Positions 8,667 through 19,614 of a stretch of 33,368 nt of DNA are shown piece by piece. The stretch comes from Candidatus Eiseniibacteriota bacterium (GTDB lineage Bacteria > Eisenbacteria > RBG-16-71-46), in NCBI GenBank assembly GCA_031364845.1, contig JANLWX010000071.1:1-33368 (forward strand), given 5' to 3'. The notes under the pieces are model-generated. The model was given only the letters and a program-made list of their open reading frames with translations, was not told where the DNA came from and did no database searches. Both the position numbers and the translations under genes were made by a program. Within the stretch, counting starts at the first letter, position 1; every line of letters starts with the position of its first letter.

Positions 8667-9875
8667 GTGACCAAGATCCCGAACGTGATGCGCGCTGTGC
8701 TGCGCGCTGTGGCGCTGGCGCTGATCGCCCTCTACGTGCTCACGTTCGCGCTGAAGAACGTGGCGCTGCAGTGGGACTTCAAGTCGTACATGCTCGCCGC
8801 GCGTGCCGCGTTCGCGGGACTCGACCCGTATCAGATCGATTCCTTGAGTGCGATCGCGCAGAAGCCGGTGTCGATTCCGTTCCTCTATCCGCCGATCGCG
8901 CTGGCGCCGTTCGTGACGATGGTTCCGCTGTCGCCCGAGATCGCGGCGATGGCATGGATCGCACTCAAGTGCTGGATCCTGCTCGCCCTGATCGTCGCCT
9001 GGAAACGCGGGATCGTGCCCGAGGCCGGCGTGCTCGCGATGGCGATCGTCGCGGTGTTCGGATGGAACGCCGCGGCACTCGCCGATCTCAGATCCGGCAA
9101 CGTCGCCCTGATCGAATGCGGGCTGCTGTGGGCTGCGTTGTTCTGCTTCATCGCCGAACGTCGCGGCGCGTTTGCCGCGCTCGTCGTCGGCGCTGCAGTT
9201 TTCAAGGTGATGCCCGCGGCGTATCTGCTGTTGCTGCTCGTGCCCACGCCACGCCATCGACCTGAACCAGCGCGGTTGTTGTGGGCGGCCGCCGCGTGCG
9301 TCGTGTTGATCGGAGCGCCGCTTCTGATCGGGCCCGCGACGCGATGGGAGGGCTTTGGGTTGAACATCCCGTGGGCGTATGCCCTCGGTGACTCGAACCC
9401 GAGCGCGTTCGCGCTCGCCGTGACGGTGGCCGGTGCGTTCGGAGTGACGGGGGAATCGATGAAGCCCGTGGCCGCAGGCATCTGGATGGCGTACGTCATC
9501 GTGCTCATCGCGGTGAGCGTGCCCTATCTCAAGGACGCTTGGCGCGCGAAGGATGCGCGACGCTGGGTCGTGATCGCGGTCGTTCTCGACCTGCTGATCG
9601 CGCCGCGTCCCATGTCCTACGGCTTCGTGCGGCTCGGGCCCGCACCGTTGTTCTTCGGCTGCGCCCTGCTGCCGCGGCCGGGGTGGGGAGTGCTCGTCGC
9701 GCTGATCTTCGCCGCGCAAGGGCTCGCGCTCAGTGCGCATCAACGGATCGACACCACCCTCGTCACATTTTCGCCGTTGCTGCTGACGCTGGGACTGTGG
9801 CTGATCGTCGTGCTACGGCGTTCCCGCGAGTTTGACCCCCGCCCCGGCACTGGTGTAAACACCTTGTCCCGCTAG
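8667..9875 (+). CDS. Glycosyltransferase family 87 / DUF2029 membrane protein
   Basis: WDFKSYMLAARA...GLDPY, PFLYPP, LRSGNVALI, AVFKVMPA; highly hydrophobic. Confidence 0.8.
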   Translation: MTKIPNVMRAVLRAVALALIALYVLTFALKNVALQWDFKSYMLAARAAFAGLDPYQIDSLSAIAQKPVSIPFLYPPIALAPFVTMVPLSPEIAAMAWIALKCWILLALIVAWKRGIVPEAGVLAMAIVAVFGWNAAALADLRSGNVALIECGLLWAALFCFIAERRGAFAALVVGAAVFKVMPAAYLLLLLVPTPRHRPEPARLLWAAAACVVLIGAPLLIGPATRWEGFGLNIPWAYALGDSNPSAFALAVTVAGAFGVTGESMKPVAAGIWMAYVIVLIAVSVPYLKDAWRAKDARRWVVIAVVLDLLIAPRPMSYGFVRLGPAPLFFGCALLPRPGWGVLVALIFAAQGLALSAHQRIDTTLVTFSPLLLTLGLWLIVVLRRSREFDPRPGTGVNTLSR

Positions 9876-9877
9876 GT

Positions 9878-9953
9878 GGGGCTGTAGCTCAGTTGGGAGA
9901 GCGCTTGACTGGCAGTCAAGAGGTCGACGGTTCGATCCCGTTCAGCTCCACCA
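9878..9953 (+). tRNA. tRNA-Ala (anticodon GGC)
   Basis: 76-nt cloverleaf GGGGCTGTAGCTCAG...CTTGA-CT-GGC-AG-TCAAG...GGTTCGATCCC...CAGCTCCACCA, with the G3:U70 alanine identity pair and encoded CCA. Confidence 0.98.
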
Positions 9954-10021
9954 TATGTCTTTAAGGCCCCCGGTGGCCGACAGATCCGGCCGAGCTGAAT
10001 TGCGCCTGATCGCCGCCATGG

Positions 10022-10051
10022 TTGGCGCGCGAGGCGCCTTGGGCTTATTCT
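10022..10051 (+). promoter_or_regulatory. Putative sigma70 promoter TTGGCG-N18-TATTCT for the ankyrin gene
   Basis: -35 at 10022-10027 and -10 at 10046-10051, immediately before the structured leader. Confidence 0.4.
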
Positions 10052-10058
10052 CCCCGCA

Positions 10059-10185
10059 GGCGTTCGCAGGACGCCGCCCGTCCGCGGGAAGGGCTGCGCC
10101 CACCTGTCGCTCTCACTCGCCGTAGCCATACCGACCTTTCTTCAGCCCATGTGCGGACGCGGGCGCTCGTTGAAGGAGGTCGTCT
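10059..10185 (+). promoter_or_regulatory. Structured 5' leader with mutually exclusive helices, including an anti-SD helix (candidate cis-regulatory RNA)
   Basis: 10075-10085 pairs with 10153-10165; 10091-10096 with 10143-10148; alternatively 10092-10098 with 10121-10127; anti-SD 10132-10144 pairs with 10171-10182 over AAGGAGGT. Confidence 0.5.
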
Positions 10186-11703
10186 GTGCTCACGCCGAAC
10201 ACACCCCGCGTTCCCCGCAACCTCGAACAGCAGCGCAAGCTCGCCAAGGATCTGATCCGCGCAGCGCGTGATGGCGACGCGGCCGCACGCGCGCGCATCC
10301 GAGCGGTTTGCCACGATTTCGCCGCACCACCCGAAGGGCTCAAGCTCGCCGATGCGCAGCTCACTCTGGCGCGCGAAGCCGGTTTCGAGTCGTGGCCGAA
10401 GCTCGTGGCGGCGCTTCAGCATCGCGATGTCGAAGCATTCCTCGACGCGGTTCGGGCCGGCGACGTTTCCGCAACGCAACAACTCCTCGCGTCAGAGCAT
10501 GTCGCCAAGCGGATCAACGAGCCGATGTTCGACTTCGGCCAGCGCGCGGCGCACATCGCCGCGAAGAATGAGCCCTTGATCGAGCTCTTGATCGCTGCCG
10601 GTGCCGACGTGAACAGGAAGAGCGACTGGGGGAATGGCCCCTACACCGTGCTCGACAACACCGACGAGCACACGGCGCGACTTCTTCTCAGGCACGGCGC
10701 GAAACTGACGCCAAACGTGGCCGCGCGCCTGGGTTGGCTCGATGAATTGCGATCGCTCGTGGACGCGGATGGCTCGCTCGTTCACGCGCGTGGAGGAGAC
10801 GGTCAGCAGCCGCTCCACGAGGCGAGGACCGTCGCGATTGCCGACTTCCTGCTCGACCGGGGCGCGGATATCGATGTGGGCTGCATCGATCACCGGTCCA
10901 CGCCGGCGCAGTATGCGCTGGTCGATCGTCCGGAGGTGTGCCGGCTTCTGCTCGAGCGCGGGGCCACGCCGGACATCTTCATGGGGGCCCGCCTCGGCGA
11001 CATCGCGCTCGCAACCCGCTTGATGGAAACCGATCCAGCCTGCGTCGCCGCTCGTATCAACCAGCCCGGATATCCGCCGGTTCCTCCTTCGAATATCTAC
11101 TGCTGGTCGCTCGGATTCGGCATGTCTCCGCACGAGGTCGCCTTGAAGTTCGATCATCGCGAGGTCCACGACCTGCTCGCGGCGCGAAGCCCGGCACGGG
11201 TTCGGTTCGTGAACGCGGTCTCGATGGCGAACGAGTCCGCGTCTCGGGCGATTCTCGCTGAAGATCCATCGCTCATGGCTTCACTTGCAGGCGAAGAGCA
11301 CGCGCATCTGGCGCTCGCCATCTTCTACGAGCGTTTCGACGCGGCTGCGCTGATGCTCCGCCTCGGCTTCGATCCGGCCGCACCCGGCATCGACGGCGGG
11401 ACCGCTCTGCATGCGGCGTGCTGGGTGGGCAGCGTGCGGATGGTCGAACAACTCCTTGCGCGCGGCGGCGTGCCGCTCGATGCCCGAGATCCGACGCACC
11501 AGAGCACGCCGCTCGGGTGGGCCGCGTTCGGATCCGTGCATCGCCGGGCGACAGGGGCGCATTACCCGGCGGTCGCGGACCGACTGGTGGCGGCTGGCGC
11601 GGACATCAATACCGTCGGGAACGGCGCGGGTCGCACATTGCTGCAAATGGCCGACGGCAATCCGGCGATGCAGGAGGCCCTGCGCCGCCACGGCGTCGCG
11701 TAA
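10186..11703 (+). CDS. Ankyrin-repeat protein with N-terminal LEQQRKLAKDL...LADAQLTLAREAGFESWPKL helical domain
   Basis: Ankyrin motifs (GQRAAHIAA...LIAAGADVN, GQQPLHEA...LLDRGADID, GTALHAACWVG, STPLGWA). GTG start with a strong AAGGAGGT SD. Confidence 0.9.
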   Translation: MLTPNTPRVPRNLEQQRKLAKDLIRAARDGDAAARARIRAVCHDFAAPPEGLKLADAQLTLAREAGFESWPKLVAALQHRDVEAFLDAVRAGDVSATQQLLASEHVAKRINEPMFDFGQRAAHIAAKNEPLIELLIAAGADVNRKSDWGNGPYTVLDNTDEHTARLLLRHGAKLTPNVAARLGWLDELRSLVDADGSLVHARGGDGQQPLHEARTVAIADFLLDRGADIDVGCIDHRSTPAQYALVDRPEVCRLLLERGATPDIFMGARLGDIALATRLMETDPACVAARINQPGYPPVPPSNIYCWSLGFGMSPHEVALKFDHREVHDLLAARSPARVRFVNAVSMANESASRAILAEDPSLMASLAGEEHAHLALAIFYERFDAAALMLRLGFDPAAPGIDGGTALHAACWVGSVRMVEQLLARGGVPLDARDPTHQSTPLGWAAFGSVHRRATGAHYPAVADRLVAAGADINTVGNGAGRTLLQMADGNPAMQEALRRHGVA

Positions 11704-11871
11704 ACGCTGCTCGTGAAGGCTGACAGAGCCGCGTCCGCCGGATCGGGTACCGTTGCCTCACCGCTCAAACGGTCGCGCCTCCCGGTGCTTTGGAAGTATT
11801 CTACGATCGACGCCGTAATTGCGAGCCCGAGTTCGCGAACTTCTTCACCGATGAAGTGTGAGGCACCTGAG

Positions 11872-14114
11872 ATGACGACGGACACCCTGGTCGGCAAAAC
11901 CGTTTCGCACTACCGGATCACGCGCCCTCTGGGCGCCGGTGGCATGGGCGTCGTCTACGAGGCGGAAGACACGCGACTCGGTCGCCGGATCGCGGTCAAA
12001 TTCCTCTTCGAAGAGGCGCAGCGCGATGCGTCGATCCTCGAACGTTTTCAGCGCGAGGCGCGAGCGGCTTCGGCCCTGAACCATCCCGGGATCTGCACCG
12101 TGCATTCGATCGAGCAGCACGAGGGGCAGCACTTCATCGTGATGGAGTTGCTCGAGGGCGAGACTCTCGCCAGGCGTATCGGGCGCCAGCCGCTCGAACT
12201 GGACGAGATCCTCGATCTCGGCGTCCAGATTGCCGACGCGCTCGAGTCGGCGCATTCCAAGGGGATCGTTCACCGTGACCTGAAGCCCGTGAATCTCATC
12301 CTCAATGCGCGCGGGCAGATCAAGATCCTCGACTTCGGGCTGGCGAAGATCAGCGCGGTGACGAACTACTCGAATGAGCCGGACTCGGGGTCGCATCTCG
12401 AGACTTCGGTGAAGCGCGGTGACCTCACCGTGGCGGGAACGGTCATGGGGACGGTCCACTACATGTCGCCCGAGCAGGCGCGCGGGCTTCCGACCGATGC
12501 CCGCACCGATCTGTTCTCGCTGGGCGCGGTGCTCTACCAGATGGCGACCGGCTTGATGCCGTTTCAGGGCGACACTCAGGCGGTGGTGTTCGAGGCGATC
12601 TTGAACCGCGACCCGCGTCCGGTGTCTGAGGTCAATCCGGCGATGCCGCACGCACTCGAGCAGATTCTGGGGAAGGCGCTCGAGAAGGATCGCAGCCTCC
12701 GCTGCCAGACCGCTACCGAGCTGAAGACCGACCTGCTTCGATTGAAGCGCGATTTCGATTCGGGTCAGCGCCGCGCGGCCGAGATGTCCGACTCGAAGAG
12801 CCGATCCGACGCTTCGGCCGAACGGTCGGTCGCGGTCCTTTACTTCGAGAACCTGAGTGGTGCCAAGGAGGACGAGTACTTTCGCGACGGGATCACCGAA
12901 GACATCATCACCGAGCTGTCGAAGATCAAAGGGCTGAACATCTTCTCGCGCACGACGGTCCTGGCCTATCGAGACAAGCAGGTGACGGCAGTCGAGATCG
13001 GCAAGCAGATTCGAGCCGGATGCGTGCTGACCGGAAGCCTGCGGCGCGCGGGGGAGCGGCTGCGGATCAACGCGCAGCTCATCGACACCCAAACGGACTT
13101 TCCGCTCTGGTCGGAGCGCTACGATCGTGAGATGAAAGATGTATTCGAGGTGCAGGATGAGATCGCGCGCAAGATCGCCGAGGCGCTGCGCGTGACGCTC
13201 ACGCCGCAGGAACAACGTGAGCTCGCCGCCAAGCCGACCGAGAACCTCAAGGCGTACGATCTCTACTTGAAGGGCAAGAGCTACGCGCGGCGGCTGACGC
13301 GGCAGGATTCGGAGTTCGCGCTCCAGATGTACGAGAACGCGGTGGCCGAGGATCCGAGCTTCGTCCTGGCCTACGCGGCAATCGCCAATGTGTGCGCGAT
13401 GTACCACTACTGCTACGACAAGGGTGCCACCTGGATCGATCGCGCGCGGGCGGCTTCCGAGAAAGCCGTTGCCCTGCAGCCCGAACTGCCCGAGGCCAAG
13501 GTGGCGCAGGCGTGGATCCTGTATGCCCGGGGCGAGTACGAGGATGCCGGACGAATCGTCAGCGCGGTGATCGCGCTCCAGGTCGAGACCGAAGGCGCCT
13601 ACTATCTTCTGCTCCGATCGCTGTTCGCATCGGGCAGGTATCAGGAGATCGCCAACATCGCCGAGGAGGCGCTCGAAGCGAGTGGCAGCGACTACAACGT
13701 CTACATCCCGATCAGCAACGCACTCGGCGCGCTGGGGAAACAGGAGGCGTTGCGAAACATGCGCCACCGGAAGATTCAGGTGTTCGAGGCGCATCTGCGG
13801 GACGTGCCCGAGGACGCGCGAGCGCGCATCCTGCTCGCCGGCGACTACGCAGACGAGGGACGCGAAGAAGACGCCGTGCGCGAAGCCAACCTCGCGATCG
13901 TGTTGCGGCCCAACGAGGCGACGGTGCTCTACAACACGGCCTGCACGTTTTGCGCTCTGAATCGCAAGGCTGACGCTCTCGACGCAATGTTGAAGGCGTG
14001 GCGTGCCGGTTTCCGCGACGCCGACTGGGCACGGCGCGATCCCGACCTCGCAATCCTCCACGGCGAACCGGAGTTCGAGAAGCATTACCCCGAAAGGGAC
14101 ACGGGGCACGGACG

Positions 14115-14118
<4 letters not shown>
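11872..14118 (+). CDS. Cytoplasmic Hanks-type Ser/Thr protein kinase with TolB-like domain and TPR repeats (copy 1)
   Basis: LGAGGMGVVY, IAVK, HRDLKPVN, DFGLAK, YMSPEQ; then SVAVLYFENLS...DGITEDII and TPRs; no TM segment. Start MTTDTLVGK matches copy 2. Confidence 0.95.
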
Positions 14119-16346
<2,228 letters not shown>

Positions 16347-16367
16347 TCGGGAGGCAGCTTCCGAGAC

Positions 16368-17198
16368 CTATTCGGGTTTGGTCGCCGTCACGGCAATCAA
16401 CCCCCGTCGCGCAAGGACGGCCTGCCCTTCCGCCGACAGCACCATCTCCACGAACGCCCTCGCCGCATCCGGATGCTCCGAGCCTGTGACTATCGCGATC
16501 GGGTACGACGCGACGATGTTCGAGCTCTCCGGAATCTCGATCACGCGAACGAATCGCGCCACCGCAGGCGTGACGTCGGAGCGATAGACCATGCCCGCGT
16601 CGGCCTCGCCCAACTGAACTTTACCGACGACCGATTTCACGTTCTCTTCCTCCGAGACGACGTTGCGAAGCGTGAGCGTCGCGAAGTCGCTCCCGAATGC
16701 CGGATCACGCGCGAGGTTCCGCAGAACGATCCGGCTGTATCGCCCGACAGGCACGGCGTCGGCTCCGAGCACCAGCTTCAATCCGCCGCGCGAGAGATCG
16801 CGAAGCCCACGGATCCGTGCAGGGTTCGTCTTCGGAATGATCACGACGAGGCGATTGCGCGCGAACACGGTGATGTCGCCCGACACGAGGTCGCGATCCT
16901 TCGCGTACGTCATCCAGCGCTCATCCGCCGACGCGAAGACGTCGGCTCTCGCACCTTGCTCGATCTGCATCGCGAGCTGCTGCGAGCCGGCGGAATTCAA
17001 GCGAACGGCGAGGCCGGGGCGTTGGCGCTCGAGCTTGTGCCCGATTTCCTTCAAAGCGTCGTTGAGCGAGGCGGCGGCAAAGACCTGCAACGCCGTCGAC
17101 GGTTGTGCCGCCTCAGCCGGGGCGGTCGCCACGGCACAAACCCAGGCGAGGGCGGCCATCACCCTCGCGAAACCCATCGTCTTCATACGGCGGGTCAT
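16368..17198 (-). CDS. modA: Molybdate ABC transporter substrate-binding protein
   Basis: VFAAASL, AGSQQLAMQIEQGARADVFASAD, VPVGRYS, EENVKSVVGKVQLGEADAGMVYRSD; signal peptide; GGAGGAG SD before ATG 17198. Confidence 0.95.
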   Translation of the reverse strand: MTRRMKTMGFARVMAALAWVCAVATAPAEAAQPSTALQVFAAASLNDALKEIGHKLERQRPGLAVRLNSAGSQQLAMQIEQGARADVFASADERWMTYAKDRDLVSGDITVFARNRLVVIIPKTNPARIRGLRDLSRGGLKLVLGADAVPVGRYSRIVLRNLARDPAFGSDFATLTLRNVVSEEENVKSVVGKVQLGEADAGMVYRSDVTPAVARFVRVIEIPESSNIVASYPIAIVTGSEHPDAARAFVEMVLSAEGQAVLARRGLIAVTATKPE

Positions 17199-17262
17199 TC
17201 GGTTGCACTCCTCCGGTCTTGTTCGTGATGAGGCCATTATCGCTATCGATGCGCGATGAACC

Positions 17263-17573
17263 TCACCCCATCAGCGTCGCCTTGCTCGAAACCATGTGGC
17301 CGTCCTGCGTCAGACGCAACAGGTACACGCCGGCTCCGACGTTGCCGATCGACTGCACGTGCGGTCCGGGCGGCCCCGCGGCGCGGGCATGTCGAGCGCC
17401 ACCCAGATCGGCGCGTCACGCGGCACGAGTGCCGTCGATCCGTTGTACGTGGTGTCCCAGTAATGACGAAGCACCACCGAACAGCGCCATCGCGTTGGCC
17501 ACCGGATCGTAGGCAGCGACGAGATCGACCTGCGCGACCGGCGGAGTGCCCGCAACCATGAGCTGGGTCCAGC
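17263..17573 (-). pseudogene. Two fused fragments of a paralogue of the kelch-repeat gene (20682-23300)
   Basis: 17263-17367 aligns to 20682-20786 (9 mismatches in 105 nt, includes the stop codon). 17367-17573 aligns to 21309-21526 (~26 mismatches, a 12-nt deletion and a +1 frameshift near 17461). Confidence 0.92.
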
Positions 17574-17668
17574 CCTGAACCGCGGCTCGTCCGCGTTGCT
17601 CTTACGAGCACCCTCACGCCCGAGCGACTGCAGCGGGAGGAGTTCGACCTGGTCGAAACGGGCCTTGG
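17574..17668 (+). pseudogene. Fragment of a paralogue of the M14 carboxypeptidase gene
   Basis: Ungapped alignment to 23608-23702 with 9 mismatches in 95 nt (PEPRLVRVALTSTLTPERLQREEFDLVETGL vs PEPRLVRVALTGTLTLERLQQEGFDLVETGL). Confidence 0.92.
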
Positions 17669-17753
17669 AAGTTGCTGCCCAATGCGGGATCACGCGTGAG
17701 GTTCTGAATGACGATTCGGCAGCAACGCCGACCGGTATGGTGTCGACTCCGGG
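17668..17753 (-). pseudogene. modA: Internal fragment of a second modA copy
   Basis: Aligns to 16683-16769 (~19 mismatches plus a 1-nt deletion in 87 nt). RCCRIVIQNLTRDPALGSNF vs ModA RYSRIVLRNLARDPAFGSDF. Confidence 0.85.
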
Positions 17754-19541
17754 CTATTTCAGTAGCATGACCTTGCGGGTCGCCGAGCGCCCGGCGGAAA
17801 CGAACCGATAGTAGTACACGCCTGGACGAACGGCGTGCCCGTGATCGTCGCGGCCGTTCCACCTCACCGCATTCGCGCCGGCCCGGCCGATGCCGCTGAA
17901 TCCGGTCACTCGCCTGCCGCTCGCGTCCACGACCGCGATCTCATAGGAGTCGGTCGCGGGAAGGTCGAAGCGCAGTTCCGTGCTGCCACTGAACGGGTTC
18001 GGGGCGCTCGACAACAAGACCCCGGGCATGATGCTCGGAGCTTCCACGTCGGCGACTGAGGCGGCTTCCCAGTAGATGTCATCGGCGGCGAACTGACAGG
18101 CCGTACCGTTCTCCTCGAGAATGACGAACGCATAGCTCAGCATGCGCAGGTCGATGGCCGTGCCGCGCAGTTCGCTGATCGGGATCGAGGCCTGGCCCCA
18201 CGCGCCGTTGCGCACGAGCCCGTACTTGGTCTGGTTCGCGGGGAGTTGGACGTAGTTCTGATTGCCCCACGAATCGATGATGCCGATCTTGAACGTGACG
18301 TTCGCGGGAATCTTGATCCGGAACTTGAGATGTCCGTCGCCGAGGTTGAACAAGTTCACCGGCTGGTGCGACATGATGCCGGCGCCAAACCATCCCTTGC
18401 CGTTGGTGTTCCATGAGAGGACGTTGCTTCCCTCGAAGGGCGCGATCGTGCCGTTCACCAGCGTGCTTTCCCACACGAAGACGTCCGAGGTGACCCCGGT
18501 CACGAGGCCGGCGGTGGTCGGCGTCGTGTCGGTGAACAGCCCGAACCGCCCGGCCTGCCACGCGGGCGGCCCCAGCGCGACCTCGCCCTGGCCGTTCCAC
18601 TGGTAGACCCGGACGTAGTCGACGTACATCGTGGCGGGGAACGGCATCGAGATCGGTTGGCCGCTGCCGGGATCGCCCAGGCGGTAGGCGTCGGTGTACG
18701 TGCCGCCGATCGCGAGGTTGGCGAGCAGATAGAACGGCTGGCGGAACTCGGCGGCGTCGCTACCGAAGATGAAGGGCTGCGCGTAGAGGTCGTGTTCGAC
18801 ACCATTGTCCACGACGGTGAAACGCATCGAGTTCTGGTCCCAGTAGAGGCGGTAGATCAGGAAGCGGCCAGCGAGTGGATTGGCGTAGTTGTAGTAGGGG
18901 CGATCGCTGACGTCGGTCGGATCGTAGGCGAGACTTGCGGCGCCCGAAGGGTTGCCGGGGCTGACCGCTCCGGCGGAGTACCAGATCGCGTTCGCGCCGG
19001 TCATCTGGTTCACGGTCGAGTTGTTGAGCCCGTTGCCACCATTGTGAGTGTCGTGCAGATCGCGGAACGCCTTGCTGGCGCCCATCTCCATCAGATCGAC
19101 CTCGCCGCTGGCGGGCCACCCGAAGTTGGTCGTGCCAAGCATCCACAGGGCGGGCCAGCCGCCCAGGTTCAAGTTCGGTACCTGAACGCGGGCCTCGATC
19201 ATTCCGTACTGGATCGATACGAATGACCTGCTGACCACTTTGCCCGATGTGTAGCTGAGGGGATTGCCCCACTGGTCGACGATGCCCGGGCCGCTTTCCT
19301 GCCGGGCAATGATCCGCAGGGCTGAGTTTCCGGGCTCGCCGGGAACACCGGCGATATCGACGCTCTCGTTCCGGTAGTACTGCAGTTCGCCGTTGCCCCA
19401 GCCCCAGTTGCCGTTGCCCGTGACCTTGAGCCAGTTGTTCAGGTTGTTGAAGTTGTCTTCCCAGATGAGGCTGCCGACTTGCGCGTGGGCCGGCGCGCTG
19501 GTGGCGAGCGCGAGCGCGATGACGATGAGGACCTTCCGCAT
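17754..19541 (-). CDS. Secreted glycoside hydrolase family 16 (beta-1,3-glucanase/laminarinase-like) with C-terminal FlgD-Ig-like domain
   Basis: Signal peptide; WGNGELQYY, YTSGKV, GWPALWMLG; catalytic SGEVDLME (ExDxxE); PFYLLANLAIGG, MYVDYVRVYQ; tail SAPNPF...GVYYYRF...RKVMLLK. Confidence 0.93.
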   Translation of the reverse strand: MRKVLIVIALALATSAPAHAQVGSLIWEDNFNNLNNWLKVTGNGNWGWGNGELQYYRNESVDIAGVPGEPGNSALRIIARQESGPGIVDQWGNPLSYTSGKVVSRSFVSIQYGMIEARVQVPNLNLGGWPALWMLGTTNFGWPASGEVDLMEMGASKAFRDLHDTHNGGNGLNNSTVNQMTGANAIWYSAGAVSPGNPSGAASLAYDPTDVSDRPYYNYANPLAGRFLIYRLYWDQNSMRFTVVDNGVEHDLYAQPFIFGSDAAEFRQPFYLLANLAIGGTYTDAYRLGDPGSGQPISMPFPATMYVDYVRVYQWNGQGEVALGPPAWQAGRFGLFTDTTPTTAGLVTGVTSDVFVWESTLVNGTIAPFEGSNVLSWNTNGKGWFGAGIMSHQPVNLFNLGDGHLKFRIKIPANVTFKIGIIDSWGNQNYVQLPANQTKYGLVRNGAWGQASIPISELRGTAIDLRMLSYAFVILEENGTACQFAADDIYWEAASVADVEAPSIMPGVLLSSAPNPFSGSTELRFDLPATDSYEIAVVDASGRRVTGFSGIGRAGANAVRWNGRDDHGHAVRPGVYYYRFVSAGRSATRKVMLLK

Positions 19542-19570
19542 GACGGCTTCCCCTGGGATGCTCGGAAATA

Positions 19571-19602
19571 GAATCGGCCCCGCGTTTGGGCGGGGCCGAT
19601 TC
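19571..19602 (-). terminator. 13-bp GC hairpin, intrinsic terminator or mRNA stabiliser between the 19615 gene and GH16
   Basis: GAATCGGCCCCGC-N6-GCGGGGCCGATTC, followed on the minus strand by TATTT, 12 nt after the 19615 stop. Confidence 0.7.
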
Positions 19603-19614
19603 CTGAAGGAAGGG

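Noticed and set aside
9878..9953. tRNA-Ala as the attachment site of an integrated element
   Set aside because: No repeat of the tRNA 3' end and no integrase seen in the window. Cannot be excluded beyond the window.
17239..17257. ModE box upstream of modA (ATCGC-N9-GCGAT)
   Set aside because: Only the outer ATCG/CGAT arms match; the TATAT cores and spacing of the ModE consensus are missing.
17263..17753. Diversity-generating retroelement template/variable repeat pair, or CRISPR-like spacer capture
   Set aside because: Mismatches are not adenine-specific and are enriched at synonymous sites. There is no reverse transcriptase, no cas gene and no repeats between the fragments.
17243..17862. 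Short ORFs across the scar (17243-17617, 17310-17693, 17614-17862)
   Set aside because: Chimeric read-throughs of pseudogene fragments with frameshifts and no start signals.
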